Positions 1-11,465 of a DNA stretch of 64,000 nucleotides are shown piece after piece. Each line of letters begins with the position of its first letter. Position 1 is the first letter of the stretch. This DNA comes from Calditrichia bacterium (lineage in GTDB: Bacteria; Calditrichota; Calditrichia; JAJRVZ01). Location of the stretch: contig CAWCNS010000007.1 of the NCBI GenBank assembly GCA_963796965.1, positions 64,001-128,000 of the forward strand, written 5' to 3'. The position numbers and the translations under genes were made by a program. Below the pieces are notes generated by a model, which saw nothing but the letters and a program-made list of their open reading frames with translations, did not search any database and was not told the origin of the DNA.

Positions 1-1014
1 ACAGCAGGAGGCCTAAAGGGAAAGAGTTTTGGTTGGATTAATTACGATCTTATCTCTTCAGGTAAAGTGGCAGAACATATAAATGCCTATGGAGGAGAAG
101 ATAGACTTTGGTTTGGTCCGGAAGGCGGGCAGTTTTCTGTATTCTTCCCCCCAGGTGCAGAAATGACCCTTGAAAATTGGTTTACCCCTAAGGGTATAGA
201 TACTGAACCTTTCGATCTGATTAATAAAACTGAGTCAGAAGTTGTTATGAAAGCATCTATGCATTTAACGAATTATTCGAAGACCGAATTTGATCTTGAA
301 CTTACTCGGAAGGTTAAACTTCTGGATGAAAAGGCGATCTCTAAACGATTGAATTTTAATCCTGAGGGGATCCGATCCGTGGCTTATGAATCAATTAATT
401 CTGTGATTAACACAGGGAAAAATGCCTGGACGAAAGAAAGCGGAACATTGTGCATCTGGATCTTAGGGATGTTCAATCCCTCCGAGAGGGCAACCGTTGT
501 GATTCCATTTAATCCAGGAGCAGATGAGAAATATGGGCCGATTGTTACCAGTGATTATTTTGGTGAAATACCCCCTGATCGCCTGCAAATAAAAGATAAT
601 TGTATTTATTTTAAGGCTGATGGAGGGTTCCGCAGCAAACTGGGTGTCTCAGCTAAACGCTCAAAGGATGTAGCCGGAAGCTATGACCCCGATAATAATG
701 TGTTAACGATCATCCAATACACAAAACCAGAAGGTGATCCTGCCTATATTAATCAATTATGGGAAGTACAGGAAGAGCCTTTTAAGGGTGATGTTCTTAA
801 TTCATATAACGATGGCCCGCTTCCCGATGGCAGTCAAATGGGACCATTTTATGAGTTAGAGAGTTCTTCCCCGGCAGCTTTTCTGGATCCCGGTGAGCAG
901 ATTGAACATCAACACTCAACCTATCATTTTGTAGGATCGAAGGATGAACTAAATCCCATATCAAAAAAGGTTCTGGGTGTTGATTTGGATGCGATGTCAA
1001 CGGTTTTTAAGTAA
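1..1014 (+). CDS. DUF6786-family protein, 5' end outside window
   Basis: Frame open from base 1; motifs GGEDRLWFGPEGGQFS, CIWILGMF and NSYNDGP...GPFYELESSSPAAFL recalled as DUF6786. Confidence 0.7.
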   Translation, partial: TAGGLKGKSFGWINYDLISSGKVAEHINAYGGEDRLWFGPEGGQFSVFFPPGAEMTLENWFTPKGIDTEPFDLINKTESEVVMKASMHLTNYSKTEFDLELTRKVKLLDEKAISKRLNFNPEGIRSVAYESINSVINTGKNAWTKESGTLCIWILGMFNPSERATVVIPFNPGADEKYGPIVTSDYFGEIPPDRLQIKDNCIYFKADGGFRSKLGVSAKRSKDVAGSYDPDNNVLTIIQYTKPEGDPAYINQLWEVQEEPFKGDVLNSYNDGPLPDGSQMGPFYELESSSPAAFLDPGEQIEHQHSTYHFVGSKDELNPISKKVLGVDLDAMSTVFK

Positions 1015-1043
1015 CATTATTGTAATAATTCAGAATTTTATTT

Positions 1044-1200
1044 CATGCAAAGACGCAAAGGGTTTTTTTCCACTAATTACTCGAATTTATACGAATTTCA
1101 CTAATTATATTTTCTAATATTTAAAAAAAATATTTTAATTCGTGAAATCTGTTCTAATTAGTGTAATTCGTGGATAGTTTTTATAGCGTCTTTGCGAGAG
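1044..1200. repeat. Nested intergenic inverted-repeat element (outer GCAAAGACGC arms, inner CACGAATT arms)
   Basis: tgcaaagacgcaaag ... ccactaattactcgaatttatacgaatttcactaatt / aattcgtgaaat..aattagtgtaattcgtgg ... gcgtctttgcgagag around an AT-rich core. Confidence 0.75.
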
Positions 1201-1226
1201 AAAAAATTATAAATTAAGGAGGGAAC

Positions 1227-2377
1227 ATGAAAAAAATATTAGTATTATTAGGAGTAATTATTATGAGGTAAACCAAGGTATAGGCCAGTCGGGCGGTATG
1301 GAGAATTTATACAAGGTTTCGGATGCAAAATCGCGGTCAATAAGCCCGGAAAATTTTACGGGTGAAAAGGGGAAGGGTGGAATGGCAACCCTGGAAGAAG
1401 GAAGTGCTGCCCGGGCAGCAAGAGAATTGGGGCAAGGTTGGAAAGTTAGCCCTTATGTCCGTATTAAACCGGGTGAGACTTTTGTGATGGGCGAGATTAA
1501 AGATAGTGGTGTGATTAATCATATCTGGATGACCCCTGCTGGTGTTTACCGTCATTCTATATTTCGCATCTATTGGGATGGTGAAGAGCAGGCTTCCGTA
1601 GAATCACCGGTAGGTGATTTTTTTGCCGCCGGTTGGGGCAATGGAACAGAGCCCGATATTAATTCTTTGGCTATCTGTGTTAATCCTCGCAGCGGGTTGA
1701 ACTCTTACTGGCAGATGCCTTTTCGTAAGGGATGCAAAGTAACCATGGAGAATATTGGCGACAAAGAATTGGTATTATATTATCAGATCGATTATACCCT
1801 TACCGATGTGCCCGATGATGCGGCCTATTTTCATGCACAATTCCGGCGGGTAAATCCCTTACCTTATAAAGAAGATTATACCATTGTCGATGGGATAAAA
1901 GGAAAAGGGCATTATGTGGGAACCTATCTCGGCCATGGCGCCAATAGCCCCGGATGGTGGGGCGAAGGAGAAATCAAGTTCTTTATGGATGGTGATAAGA
2001 AATTTCCGACCATTTGTGGTACAGGAGAAGAGGATTATTTTTGCGGATCCTATGGCTATGAAGAGAGAAAACAGGAAGATGGCTCATATACATATTCCGA
2101 TTTCAGCAGCCCCTATACGGGATTTTACCATGTGCAGGATCCGAAGTATAAAGGTGAACAACGCCGTTTCGGGCAATATCGCTGGCATATCTATGATCCT
2201 ATCAGGTTTGAAAATGATTTGCGGGTAACCATTCAGAGTATAGGTTGGCAAAGTGAAGGCCGGTATTTGCCTCTAGAGGATGATCAGGCATCAGTCGCTT
2301 ATTGGTACCAGATTGAACCACATAATCCATTCCCGGCATTACCGACCAAAGAAAAATTGATTATTGAACGGGAATAA
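1227..2377 (+). CDS. GH172 (DUF2961) glycoside hydrolase; signal peptide in a different frame (apparent frameshift near 1265-1295)
   Basis: SRSISPENFTGEKGKGG, WWGEGEIKFFMDGD, CGTGEEDYF and YRWHIYDPIRF motifs; AGGAGG RBS before ATG 1227 (MKKILVLLGVII). Confidence 0.85.
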
Positions 2378-3015
2378 ATAGAGAGGAGAGAAGAGCGTAG
2401 AGCGTGGAGCGTTAAGAGAAAAGAGAAAACAGATTACAGAAAATTGAAAGCGGTTGAGAGTGGCGGCGCGATTCATCGCGCCCATCGATCACCAAACACG
2501 ATAATTGTAGGGGCGGACTGTGTCTAAGACCCCGTACTACGGGGTGTGTCCGCCCTGGAAAAATGTTGAATAATCAATAGTCAACACGGAATATGCAATG
2601 TTCAAGGATGTGAAGCGTGAAATGTCAAATGTGAAACGCGTTAAACATAAGCGGGCAATTCTAGGGACGTCAATATCCGCCCTGTCCTTGTTCTGTAAGC
2701 AATAGATTCTTAACAAATTAAATAATTCCTGCAGTCATCCTGTCAGGATCTTCCTTCGTGTCGATTCGATTTCTGCAGTAGAAAGATTCCTCTGGAATGA
2801 CGAAAAGATAATATATAATATGTTTCTTAATCCATAGCATATTATATGTCATCCTGGAGAGATCTTTCTGGTTATAGATATCTGTTTACCACAAAGAAAG
2901 ATTCTTTTCCCGAGACGCGATCCCATTCCGGGACAGAATGACAGGCTCTTATAATTGTTATTCGTGAAATTCGTCCGAAGGGCCCGTTTTACGGGCATAA
3001 TTAGTGTAATCCGTA
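2378..3015. repeat. Composite intergenic repeat cluster: 7-bp periodic repeats, GTAG-type REP-like palindromes, two GTCATCC...GAATGAC pairs, CACGAATT right arm
   Basis: gagcgtagagcgtggagcg; ggcgcgattcatcgcgcc; gtaggggcggac..gtccgccc (2507-2556); gtcatcctg..ggaatgac (about 2734-2801 and 2848-2942); attcgtgaaattcgt..aattagtgtaatccgt. Confidence 0.7.
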
Positions 3016-3061
3016 AAAAAATTATTTATAATTCAAAATTTAAAATTGTATAGGTGAAATT

Positions 3062-3805
3062 ATGTCAGAAAAACTCAGAATTATCGGAGTTATACCGGGG
3101 AGATACGGCTCGTCCCGTTTTCCGGGAAAGATTGTTGCTAAAATAGCTGGCAAACCGATGGTGCAACGTGTCTATGAACGTTCTGCTCAATCTAAATTGC
3201 TCGATGAATTAGTTGTCGCCGTCGATGATCAACGCGTATTTGATATCGTTGAAACATTCGGTGGTAAAGCGGTTATGACAGGAAGCCATCATCAATCAGG
3301 TACCGACCGTCTTGCCGAGATTGCTGCTCATTTTGAAGGTGATATTTATGTCAATATTCAGGGCGACCAGCCTTTAATTGATCCGGCTATGATTGATGAG
3401 GCTGTGGAACCCATGATTCATAATTCTGAAATTCAGATGTCTACACTCAAAATAAAGATAGAAGAGGAGAACTATCACGACCCGGGTGTCGTAAAGGTTG
3501 TAACCGATAAAGAGGGATGGGCACTCTACTTCTCGCGTTCATTAATTCCTTATAACCGGGATGGTATGGATGTTGATATCTTTGAGCATGTGGGGCTTTA
3601 TGTTTATCGCAAGGATTTCCTTCAAACCTATACCCAGTTGGCCGATACGCCTCTTGGAGAATCTGAGGTTTTGGAGCAACTAAAAGTTCTTGAACATGGC
3701 CATCGCATATTTGTAGCTGAAACCAAGTGCGACCGCAGTACCGGATATAATGTTGATACACCGGAAGATTTAGTTAAAGTGGAACAAGTAATACTTGGAA
3801 AATAA
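3062..3805 (+). CDS. kdsB: 3-deoxy-manno-octulosonate cytidylyltransferase (CMP-Kdo synthetase)
   Basis: IPGRYGSSRFPGK, HQSGTDR, NIQGDQP, ALYFSRSLIP, HVGLYVY, LEQLKVLE and VDTPEDL motifs. Confidence 0.9.
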   Translation: MSEKLRIIGVIPGRYGSSRFPGKIVAKIAGKPMVQRVYERSAQSKLLDELVVAVDDQRVFDIVETFGGKAVMTGSHHQSGTDRLAEIAAHFEGDIYVNIQGDQPLIDPAMIDEAVEPMIHNSEIQMSTLKIKIEEENYHDPGVVKVVTDKEGWALYFSRSLIPYNRDGMDVDIFEHVGLYVYRKDFLQTYTQLADTPLGESEVLEQLKVLEHGHRIFVAETKCDRSTGYNVDTPEDLVKVEQVILGK

Positions 3806-3878
3806 TGCGGATTTATGTCTATACAGTGGGAAATAGGAAAGATGAGATAGTTTCTTTGGAATTAGGGATTTGTTGAAT

Positions 3879-3999
3879 GTCATCCCGTCCCGGAACGGGA
3901 TCGCGTCTCGGGAGAGGGATCTTCCTACTTGTCGATTACCTATGTTGGTGTAGTAGGGATCTTATCCCAAAACTGGATCCAATCCCGGGACTGAATGAC
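3879..3999. repeat. GTCATCC...GAATGAC palindromic element with nested palindromes
   Basis: gtcatcccgtcccggaacgggatcgcgtctcgggagagggatcttcctac ... gtagggatctt..gactgaatgac; left arm recurs at about 11560-11610. Confidence 0.7.
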
Positions 4000-4079
4000 A
4001 ATACTAATTCTAAAAAAATTAAATTCATAAAATTCATAAAATTAGTAATAATTAGTGAAATAAGTGGAAAGAGATTAAA

Positions 4080-5273
4080 ATGAAAGTTAACAGAGAACTA
4101 ATCAAAAACCTCTATAAAAGTCTCCCCGACCAAAGCAAGGAGATGTTGGAGAAGGGTATTGCAGATATTGTTTCTGCAAAAAAGAATAAGGGTAAAGTTG
4201 TTGTGGTGACCGGCAGCGGCCCAAACCTGCATGAAGGTGTAACCACATTGATCGCAGAAATGATTGAAAAAGGGCTTATAGACGGTGTGACAACAAGCTC
4301 TGCCGTTATTGCTCATGAGATGGCGGGTTCGTTGGACAAGGTAAAACGGGTTGATGGTAAAAAACTTGGTTTCCCCGAAGACAAACTTCCCCGCGGTGAC
4401 ATTTTTGAAGCAACAATTTTAAACGAGACCTTTCTTAGAATTCTGAGAAAGGAAATGATCCTTGATGAGAACCTCATTAATAAAGTGATAGCCAGCGACG
4501 GTGATACCATTATCAAGGCTGCAGGAAATATGGCCTATCCCATGGGTTTACGTACGGAAAATCTGGCCAAAGAAATAATGATTATTGCACGTAGCCGGGG
4601 TGTGCCATTTGAAGTGATTGCTGGAGCAGGAGCTGATGTGAAAACCATGTTAGGGGCTGGTTATCAGAAAAACATCCCTGTATTGGTTACAATCCCTCAG
4701 TTGGTTGGGGGGGGGATGGTTGGGTTGGCAATTGGTGACTCTATTTCTATTACAGAAAGAGCAACCAGGATAGCATCCATGATGAATTCTGCCGATGTCA
4801 TTATTGAATCTGCTGTCGCCTTAACACAGGAAATTCACGACGGACCTTTTGAAACGTATACAGGGCATGGTATCTGGGCTGACTGGGATGGATACCCGAC
4901 TTATAGTTTGGAAGGTAAGACCCTGATCCGGATTGATACCGATCCTAATTTGCAGAAAGCATGGGAATTTGAAAAACAATCGAGCCAGGTCCAGGAGGCG
5001 ATTGATAAGGGTTTGCCAAAAACCAAGTTAATGGAAATCCCATTCCGTATGGAGATGTCCGGATTTGCGCGTTTGGAAAAGAGTATTCCTGTTATCGGGG
5101 ATATTGGTGTTATTTGGCCGGCAATGGCCATGCGTCTGGAAGAAGAACTGAATATCTCTCTGGATTTCATTTCTTATCCTCAGGATTTAGAAGAGGGAAG
5201 AGAGATGAGAGAATGGATTGTGGAAAATGTCCAGCCGCTGGATAAGAAGAAACTGCATACGATCAAACGTTAG
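4080..5273 (+). CDS. Uncharacterised cytoplasmic protein, possible deoxyhypusine-synthase-like NAD-binding fold
   Basis: 397-aa ORF; VVVVTGSGPNLHEGVTTLIAEMIEKGLIDGVTTSSAVIAHE and TMLGAGYQKNIPVLV resemble DHS-like family segments. Confidence 0.45.
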   Translation: MKVNRELIKNLYKSLPDQSKEMLEKGIADIVSAKKNKGKVVVVTGSGPNLHEGVTTLIAEMIEKGLIDGVTTSSAVIAHEMAGSLDKVKRVDGKKLGFPEDKLPRGDIFEATILNETFLRILRKEMILDENLINKVIASDGDTIIKAAGNMAYPMGLRTENLAKEIMIIARSRGVPFEVIAGAGADVKTMLGAGYQKNIPVLVTIPQLVGGGMVGLAIGDSISITERATRIASMMNSADVIIESAVALTQEIHDGPFETYTGHGIWADWDGYPTYSLEGKTLIRIDTDPNLQKAWEFEKQSSQVQEAIDKGLPKTKLMEIPFRMEMSGFARLEKSIPVIGDIGVIWPAMAMRLEEELNISLDFISYPQDLEEGREMREWIVENVQPLDKKKLHTIKR

Positions 5274-5340
5274 GTTTTATTAGAAAATATACGTCATCTA
5301 CTTTGATTTTTTGATTAAATTTTTCCTTATTTTTTATAAT

Positions 5341-5880
5341 AATTAATCCTCTACAAGGATTAATTGTTCATGGGTTATAATATCTTCTACAATAATATAA
5401 CCTCTACGAGGTTGTTAATCATGATATAGACAGTATCTAATCATTAGATCATATAAAAAAAACAGATTATTTGTCTGAATATTTTTTGACTCTTCCATTT
5501 GTTTTATTGTTTTAAATCCTATACAAGGATTTTATAATAGTACGACCTCTACGAGGTTGTTAATCTGATATAACAGTATCTAATATTAGATCATATAAAA
5601 AAAACAGATTATTTGTCTGAATATTTTTTGACTCTTCCATTTGTTTTATTGTTTTAAATCCTATACAAGGAATTTATAATATTACAACCTCTACGAGGTT
5701 TTATTAAACTGCAATTGTAATACGTGTGATCCTAATGTATTTGAGGATGAATTTCTAACGCTAAATGTTACACATATCAAATAAATCCATAAAAATTTAT
5801 AATTCTGTCAAATATTTAACATCATAAATGTTCATTTTTATAAAGATGTACCTATTAATAAATCTATCCTTGTAGAGGAT
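5341..5880. repeat. Array of 15-bp CCTCTAC(A/G)AGG palindromes with a ~143-bp tandem duplication
   Basis: atcct(c/a)tacaagga at 5346, 5516, 5658 and inverted at 5866; acctctacgaggtt at 5400, 5545, 5687; 5400-5544 nearly identical to 5545-5686. Confidence 0.85.
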
Positions 5881-5927
5881 GCATTATTGAGAAAATTTTC
5901 CATTAGAAATCTATCACGGACGCCATT

Positions 5928-6746
5928 ATGACAGAAAAGAATTATACTCAAAATAGATTAACCCACTTTTTTTTGATCACTTTCATATACTCATGGACTA
6001 TTTGGGGACTTGGTGTCATTCTTTCCTATACCATAGAAGGAGAATTACCCTTCCGGCTGGTTCTTCCCATTATTATTATTGGGGCTTTTGGCCCCTCGGT
6101 TGCTGCCGTGTGGTTAACCTACAGGGATGAAGGAAATCCCGGCGTTATTGCCCTTCTCAAAAGAGGATTACAGGTTAAGGGTATTCCAACCTGGATCTGG
6201 GTTGCCATGTTCCTGATACCGGTGTCGGCCTTGTTGATTGCTATATTTTTTGTTTGGTTAGAGTTTGGAGTGGGTGCTGTAAGTACTAAAGGACTTTTAC
6301 TCTTTCCACTCTATATATTGATTATGTATTTGGGAGGTTCCGTTCAGGAAGAATTTGGTTGGAGAGGATATGCTTTAGACCGCCTGCAGTTAAAATGGAA
6401 TGCTTTTAATTCGAGTATTATTTTGGGTATTATTTGGACGACCTGGCACTTGCCACTATTTTTTATTGAGGGAGCTCACCAACAAAATATGACGTTATGG
6501 CTTTATTATATTAGTGTAATATGTCTGGCTATTATTATGACCTGGCTTCACAATAACTCAAAGGCCAACATTTTTGTGGCAATGACCTATCACGCTATTG
6601 GTAATTCTGTTATTATTCTGGCCGATACAGAAGGGGCGGGACCAGAGGCTCTGAGTGCGGGTGAGATCTACAATGTGGCCGGAACATTAATATTTGCCAT
6701 AATCATAGTTGTGTTCTGGGGCCCTAAAACCCTGACCAAATCATAA
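5928..6746 (+). CDS. CPBP (Abi/CAAX type II) intramembrane metalloprotease
   Basis: Multiple hydrophobic helices; EEFGWRG, WHLP and HAIGN motifs. Confidence 0.9.
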   Translation: MTEKNYTQNRLTHFFLITFIYSWTIWGLGVILSYTIEGELPFRLVLPIIIIGAFGPSVAAVWLTYRDEGNPGVIALLKRGLQVKGIPTWIWVAMFLIPVSALLIAIFFVWLEFGVGAVSTKGLLLFPLYILIMYLGGSVQEEFGWRGYALDRLQLKWNAFNSSIILGIIWTTWHLPLFFIEGAHQQNMTLWLYYISVICLAIIMTWLHNNSKANIFVAMTYHAIGNSVIILADTEGAGPEALSAGEIYNVAGTLIFAIIIVVFWGPKTLTKS

Positions 6747-6800
6747 TTCCTAATTACCAATTACGAATTCCCATAAGCATATTCCCACCAAAATTTCACG

Positions 6801-6829
6801 TTGCAACTAATGTGACAAATGATTAAAAT
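6801..6829 (+). promoter_or_regulatory. Putative sigma70-type promoter for GH38 gene
   Basis: TTGCAA-17 bp-TAAAAT, followed by AGGAG RBS and ATG 6863. Confidence 0.5.
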
Positions 6830-6862
6830 TTTGTTTCCCTACTCAACCAGGAGATTATAAAT

Positions 6863-9800
6863 ATGGATGTAAATTTCGGCAACCTCGCAAAAAAAATCCA
6901 AACGATCAAAGACAATATTTATTCAGAAATTACCCCGTTCGAATTAATCAAATTTAAGCAGGGGGACCTTCCGGATGCTAAATCAGTCAAATATGATGAT
7001 TCAAAATGGCGGAAATTTTCTGTTGGCCAATCCTGGGGAGGACGGGATATTACCTGTTGGTTTAGAATCCCTCTGGTAGTTCCCAAAGTTGCGTCAGGAA
7101 AAAAATATGCTGTTATCTTTCAACCCGGCAAACGCTATTTTTTCGATGCCAGTCAAGGGGGTGATTATCGGGAATATGAACTTCTGGTTCATCTTGATGG
7201 CCAACCTTTGCAGAGTGTTGATATTCGCCGTAATGAGATAATGCTCTGGGACAAATTAAAACCGGGTAAAAGACATATTCTGGCTATTGAGGCATTTAGC
7301 GGTCTGGAAACACATCAACATCGTCTTGAACAGGCAGATCTTGTATGTATCGATGCTGAAACAGAGGATTTTTACTATAATACAAAGATCGCTTTTGAAA
7401 CCATCCAGAGCACTGATAAAAATAATCCAAAAAACGTCCATATGTTGTCTACCCTGGAAGCATCCCTTTTAATGGTAGATTTTTTGCAAATTGGTAGTGA
7501 TTCGTTTTATGATTCCATAAAGAAGGCAAATGCTTTTATAAAAAAAGAACTCTATAAGGATAATACACCGAAGAAAGACCATGCCACTGTAATGAGTCTG
7601 GGTAACTCACATTTGGATCTGGCCTGGATGTGGCAGACAAAGCATAGCCGCAAAAAAGCAGCAAGGACCTTTTCGAATACCCTCCGTCTTATGGAAATAT
7701 ATCCTGAATATCATTTTATTCAGAGTCAGGCACAATTATATACTTTTATTAAAGAATCCTATCCGGATATCTATAAACGCATAAAAGAGCAAATCAAGTC
7801 AGGTCGAATTGAAGCCACAGGCGGTATGTGGGCTGAATCAGATTGCAATATCCCCTGGGGTGAGTCTTTGGTCCGACAGTTTTTATATGGAAAGCGTTTT
7901 TTTGAAAAGGAGTTTGGAAAAGAAAGTAAGGTCGTTTGGCTGCCCGATGCTTTTGGATTTTGTTACACGATGCCACAGATTATGAAAAAATGTGGTCTTA
8001 AATTTTTTATGACAACAAAGATGAGCTGGTCGCAGTTTGTGAGAATTGACTATGATACTTTTTACTGGCAGGGGTTAGATGGAAGCAAAGTGATGGCTTA
8101 TTTTATTACAACACCTGATCCCCGTGGATGGGATGATTATAGTGCCGATCTGAATCCAAAACTCCTTAAGGGATGTTGGGATGAGTATCAACACAAAGAA
8201 AAAAATAATGAAGTCCTCTTCGTCTATGGTTGGGGAGATGGTGGTTGCGGGCCTACACGGGATATGCTGGAAAATTCAACGCGGCTCTCTTATATGAACG
8301 AACTACTGCCCAATCACCGCCAGGGGCTGGTAGAAGAATTTTTTGAGGGTTTGGAGAGTAGAGTTGATGAACTTCCTGTCTGGAATGATGAATTATATTT
8401 ACAATTCCATCGTGGATGTTATACATCCCAAGCCTGGATAAAGAAGGCAAATCGAAAAAGTGAGATATTATACCATGATACGGAACTCTTCTGTGCTATT
8501 GACTCAATAAATAAGGGACCTTATCCCCATGAAGAAATTAATAAAGGTTGGGAGATTGATCCTACTGAATCAATTCCATGATATTTTACCCGGATCATCA
8601 ATCCCGGAAGTATATGAGGACTGTCGTGCGGAATACAAACAAGTTACTGAGAATGGTGAAAAACATTTGAATAATGCCCTGGTTAATTTGGGCAAAGGTA
8701 AGAAAGGTGCAAAATCGGACAATAAAATAGCCATATTTAATTCTCTTGTCATGGGATAGATCAGATCTGATTACACTTCCCATGTCAAAAGGTAATAAAG
8801 AATTAGTCTTACTGATAGCGATGGAGAAGTCGTTCCGGTCCAGATGCTATCTGATAAAAAAGGAGCCCTTGCCTATATTGATAATCTTCCTTCCTTGGGA
8901 TATAACATTTTACAATTATAAAATGGAAAATCAGGTAATAAGGTAATCCAGTATTAAAACCTCGAAAAGCAAATTAGAAAATAAATTTTTTGTCTATCAC
9001 TTTTGACAAAAAAGGATTGATTACCAGGGATCTATGATAAAAAATATCAATCGGGAAGTGATTGAAAAGGGTAAGAAGGCTAATGTTTTGCAGGCTTTTG
9101 AGGATCGCCCCCTTCGTAACAATGCCTGGGATATTGATATTTTTTATCAGGACAAATGTATTGAATCTGGATGATTTGAGTCATGTGGAAGTGTGCCGAA
9201 AATGGTCCGCTTCGTGGAACCTTAGTTCAGAAGCGAAGATTTTTAGATTCGGAAATCATTCAGACTATTCATATATATGAGCATATTCCGCGAATAGATT
9301 TTGTAACGGAAATTGACTGGCAGCAGCATGAAACATTACTCAAAGTTGCTTTTCCCGTTAATATTCATGCCAATGAAGCAACCTATGAAATCCCGTATGG
9401 CAACATCCAGCGTCCAACACACTGGAACACGTTATGGGATAAAGGGCGGTTTGAAGTCCCGGCGCAAAAATGGGCGGATCTTTCTGAAGGAGATTATGGT
9501 GTTAGTTTGTTAAATGATTGCAAATATGGATATGATATCAAGGATAATGTCATGAGGCTGACCTTAATCAAATCCCCAATTCATCCGGATCCAAATGCTG
9601 ATATCGGTGAGCATCAATTTACCTATTCACTTTATCCCCATGCGGGGGATTGGCGAAGCGGTGGAACTATACAGGAAGCATACAGATTGAATTATCAACC
9701 ACATCTTCGGGTTGTTTCGTCCGAAGATGAGATAGTGATAACCAGGTACCATTTTCATTTGCTCGAACAAACCGTGATAATGTGATTATCGAATCGGTGA

Positions 9801-10012
9801 AGAAGGCAGAAGAGAGCAGTGAGATCGTCTTCCGTCTCTATGAAACCTCCAATCAACGTGGCAATGTGGAACTAACCTTTGCCCAACCTATAAAGGGTAT
9901 TTGGGAAACCAATATGCTGGAAAAAGAAAAACAACCATTAAAACACAAAAAAAATATGGTTACCTTTGATATTAAACCACATGAAATAAAAACGTTTATG
10001 GTGAAATTCTAA
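6863..10012 (+). CDS. GH38 alpha-mannosidase, split by several apparent frameshifts (about 8560-9200 and 9770)
   Basis: SHLDLAWMW, WLPDAFG, YGWGDGGCGP, ELYLQFHRG, LNQFHDILPGSSI, FEVPAQKWADLSE and FRLYE in consecutive ORF pieces. Confidence 0.92.
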
Positions 10013-10255
10013 ATCAATATTCAATATTCAACACGGAATGATTCAATGTTCAATGATTAAAGAAGTAGAGACACGGCGTGCCGTGTCCGCCATAAAAATA
10101 TTTTTGTCCACGAATTTCACGAATTCAAACTAATGGTATTATACTTTGATTCTAATAATAAATAAGTAATAAAATTTGTGAAATTCGTATAAATTTGTGT
10201 AATTCGTGGAGAAAAATCCGCGGAAATCCGCGTGATCCACGTCATCCGTGTTCTA
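10012..10255. repeat. Intergenic repeat cluster (7-bp periodic, GTAG REP-like, CACGAATT pair, ATCCGCG repeats)
   Basis: caatattcaatattcaa; gtagagacacggcgtgccgtgtc (from 10065); ccacgaatttcacgaatt / aatttgtgtaattcgtgg; atccgcggaaatccgcgtgatccacgtcatccgtg. Confidence 0.7.
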
Positions 10256-10286
10256 TAATCCACCCTCCAAAGGAGATACCAATAAG

Positions 10287-11465
10287 ATGAGAAATTATTT
10301 ACTTTTCATACTGATCATAACTTTCCTATCCACACCATTATGGTCCCAGCCGGTTCATGAAGAACAACTGATTTTTCCCATGCAGGGAAAGCATGTACAT
10401 GGAAGCAGTATCATTGAATTGCCCAATGGGGATTTTCTGGCCTGCTGGTTTCATGGATCAGGTGAACGTCGTGCTAAGGATGTGTTAATTCAGGGCGCCA
10501 GGTTAAAGAAAGGCGAAAAGTCCTGGAGCAAGGTTTTCCTTATGGCGGATACACCCAATTTACCGGACTGTAATCCTGTTCTGTTTCTCGATAACGATGA
10601 GCGACTGTGGATGTTTTGGATTGTTGTCCAGGCTGAGCGATGGGAACGTTCCTTGTTGAAATACAAAAGGTCGATTGATTACAATTCCGAAGGTGCACCC
10701 AATTGGGAATGGCAGGATTTTATACTTTTCCAACCGGGAGATGAATTTGTAGAAGCGATGAAAAAGGCGTCAAGACGATTAAGTTCCCATGAACCCATGT
10801 GGTCTGAATATGCGCAACCCTATGGACGAATGCTTGTTGAAGCGGCACATGATCCTGTGAAGCGTCAGGCCGGCTGGATGACCCGGATCCATCCGCTTGT
10901 CTTACCATCAGGGAGAATATTACTACCATTATATTCGGATGGATATAATGTATCCCTGGCTGCGATTAGTGACGATAATGGTGAAAACTGGCGTGCCAGT
11001 TTGCCGATTATAGGATTCGGACCCATTCAACCCACATTTGTTCGGAAAAAGAGTGGTACAATCGTCTCCTATATGCGTGATTCCGGAACGCTCCCTCAAA
11101 GGGTTATGATGAGCGTTTCTGAAGATGATGGAGAATCCTGGTCATTTGCAAAGGATACCGATATCCCAAATCCCGGCTCAAGTCTGGAAGCAATCGCTTT
11201 GAAAAACGGATTATGGTTAATGGTATACAATGATACGGAAGATGGGCGGCATAGCCTTGCTTTATCTCTTTCTGACGATGAAGGTAGAAGCTGGAAATGG
11301 ACACGGCATGTGGAAAAAGTGGACAAAGGTAAGGGTTCTTTTGCCTATCCTTCTATTATCCAGGCGGATAACGGGGATATCCATCTCACTTATTCTCATG
11401 AACTGGGTAAAAGAAAAGCCATAAAGCATGTTCGGTTTAATGTGGATTGGATTAAAGAGAAATAA
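10287..11465 (+). CDS. Secreted BNR/Asp-box (sialidase-like, BNR_2) beta-propeller protein
   Basis: Signal peptide; Asp-boxes SDDNGENW, SEDDGESW, SDDEGRSW; C-terminal AYPSIIQ; AAGGAG upstream. Confidence 0.85.
   Translation: MRNYLLFILIITFLSTPLWSQPVHEEQLIFPMQGKHVHGSSIIELPNGDFLACWFHGSGERRAKDVLIQGARLKKGEKSWSKVFLMADTPNLPDCNPVLFLDNDERLWMFWIVVQAERWERSLLKYKRSIDYNSEGAPNWEWQDFILFQPGDEFVEAMKKASRRLSSHEPMWSEYAQPYGRMLVEAAHDPVKRQAGWMTRIHPLVLPSGRILLPLYSDGYNVSLAAISDDNGENWRASLPIIGFGPIQPTFVRKKSGTIVSYMRDSGTLPQRVMMSVSEDDGESWSFAKDTDIPNPGSSLEAIALKNGLWLMVYNDTEDGRHSLALSLSDDEGRSWKWTRHVEKVDKGKGSFAYPSIIQADNGDIHLTYSHELGKRKAIKHVRFNVDWIKEK

Noticed and set aside
5399..5700. CRISPR array
   Set aside because: Repeats are only 14-15 bp, the intervening sequences are near-identical and about 130 bp, and no cas genes are present.
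5928..6746. Abortive-infection defence gene
   Set aside because: The Abi label of CPBP proteases is historical; there is no defence context here.
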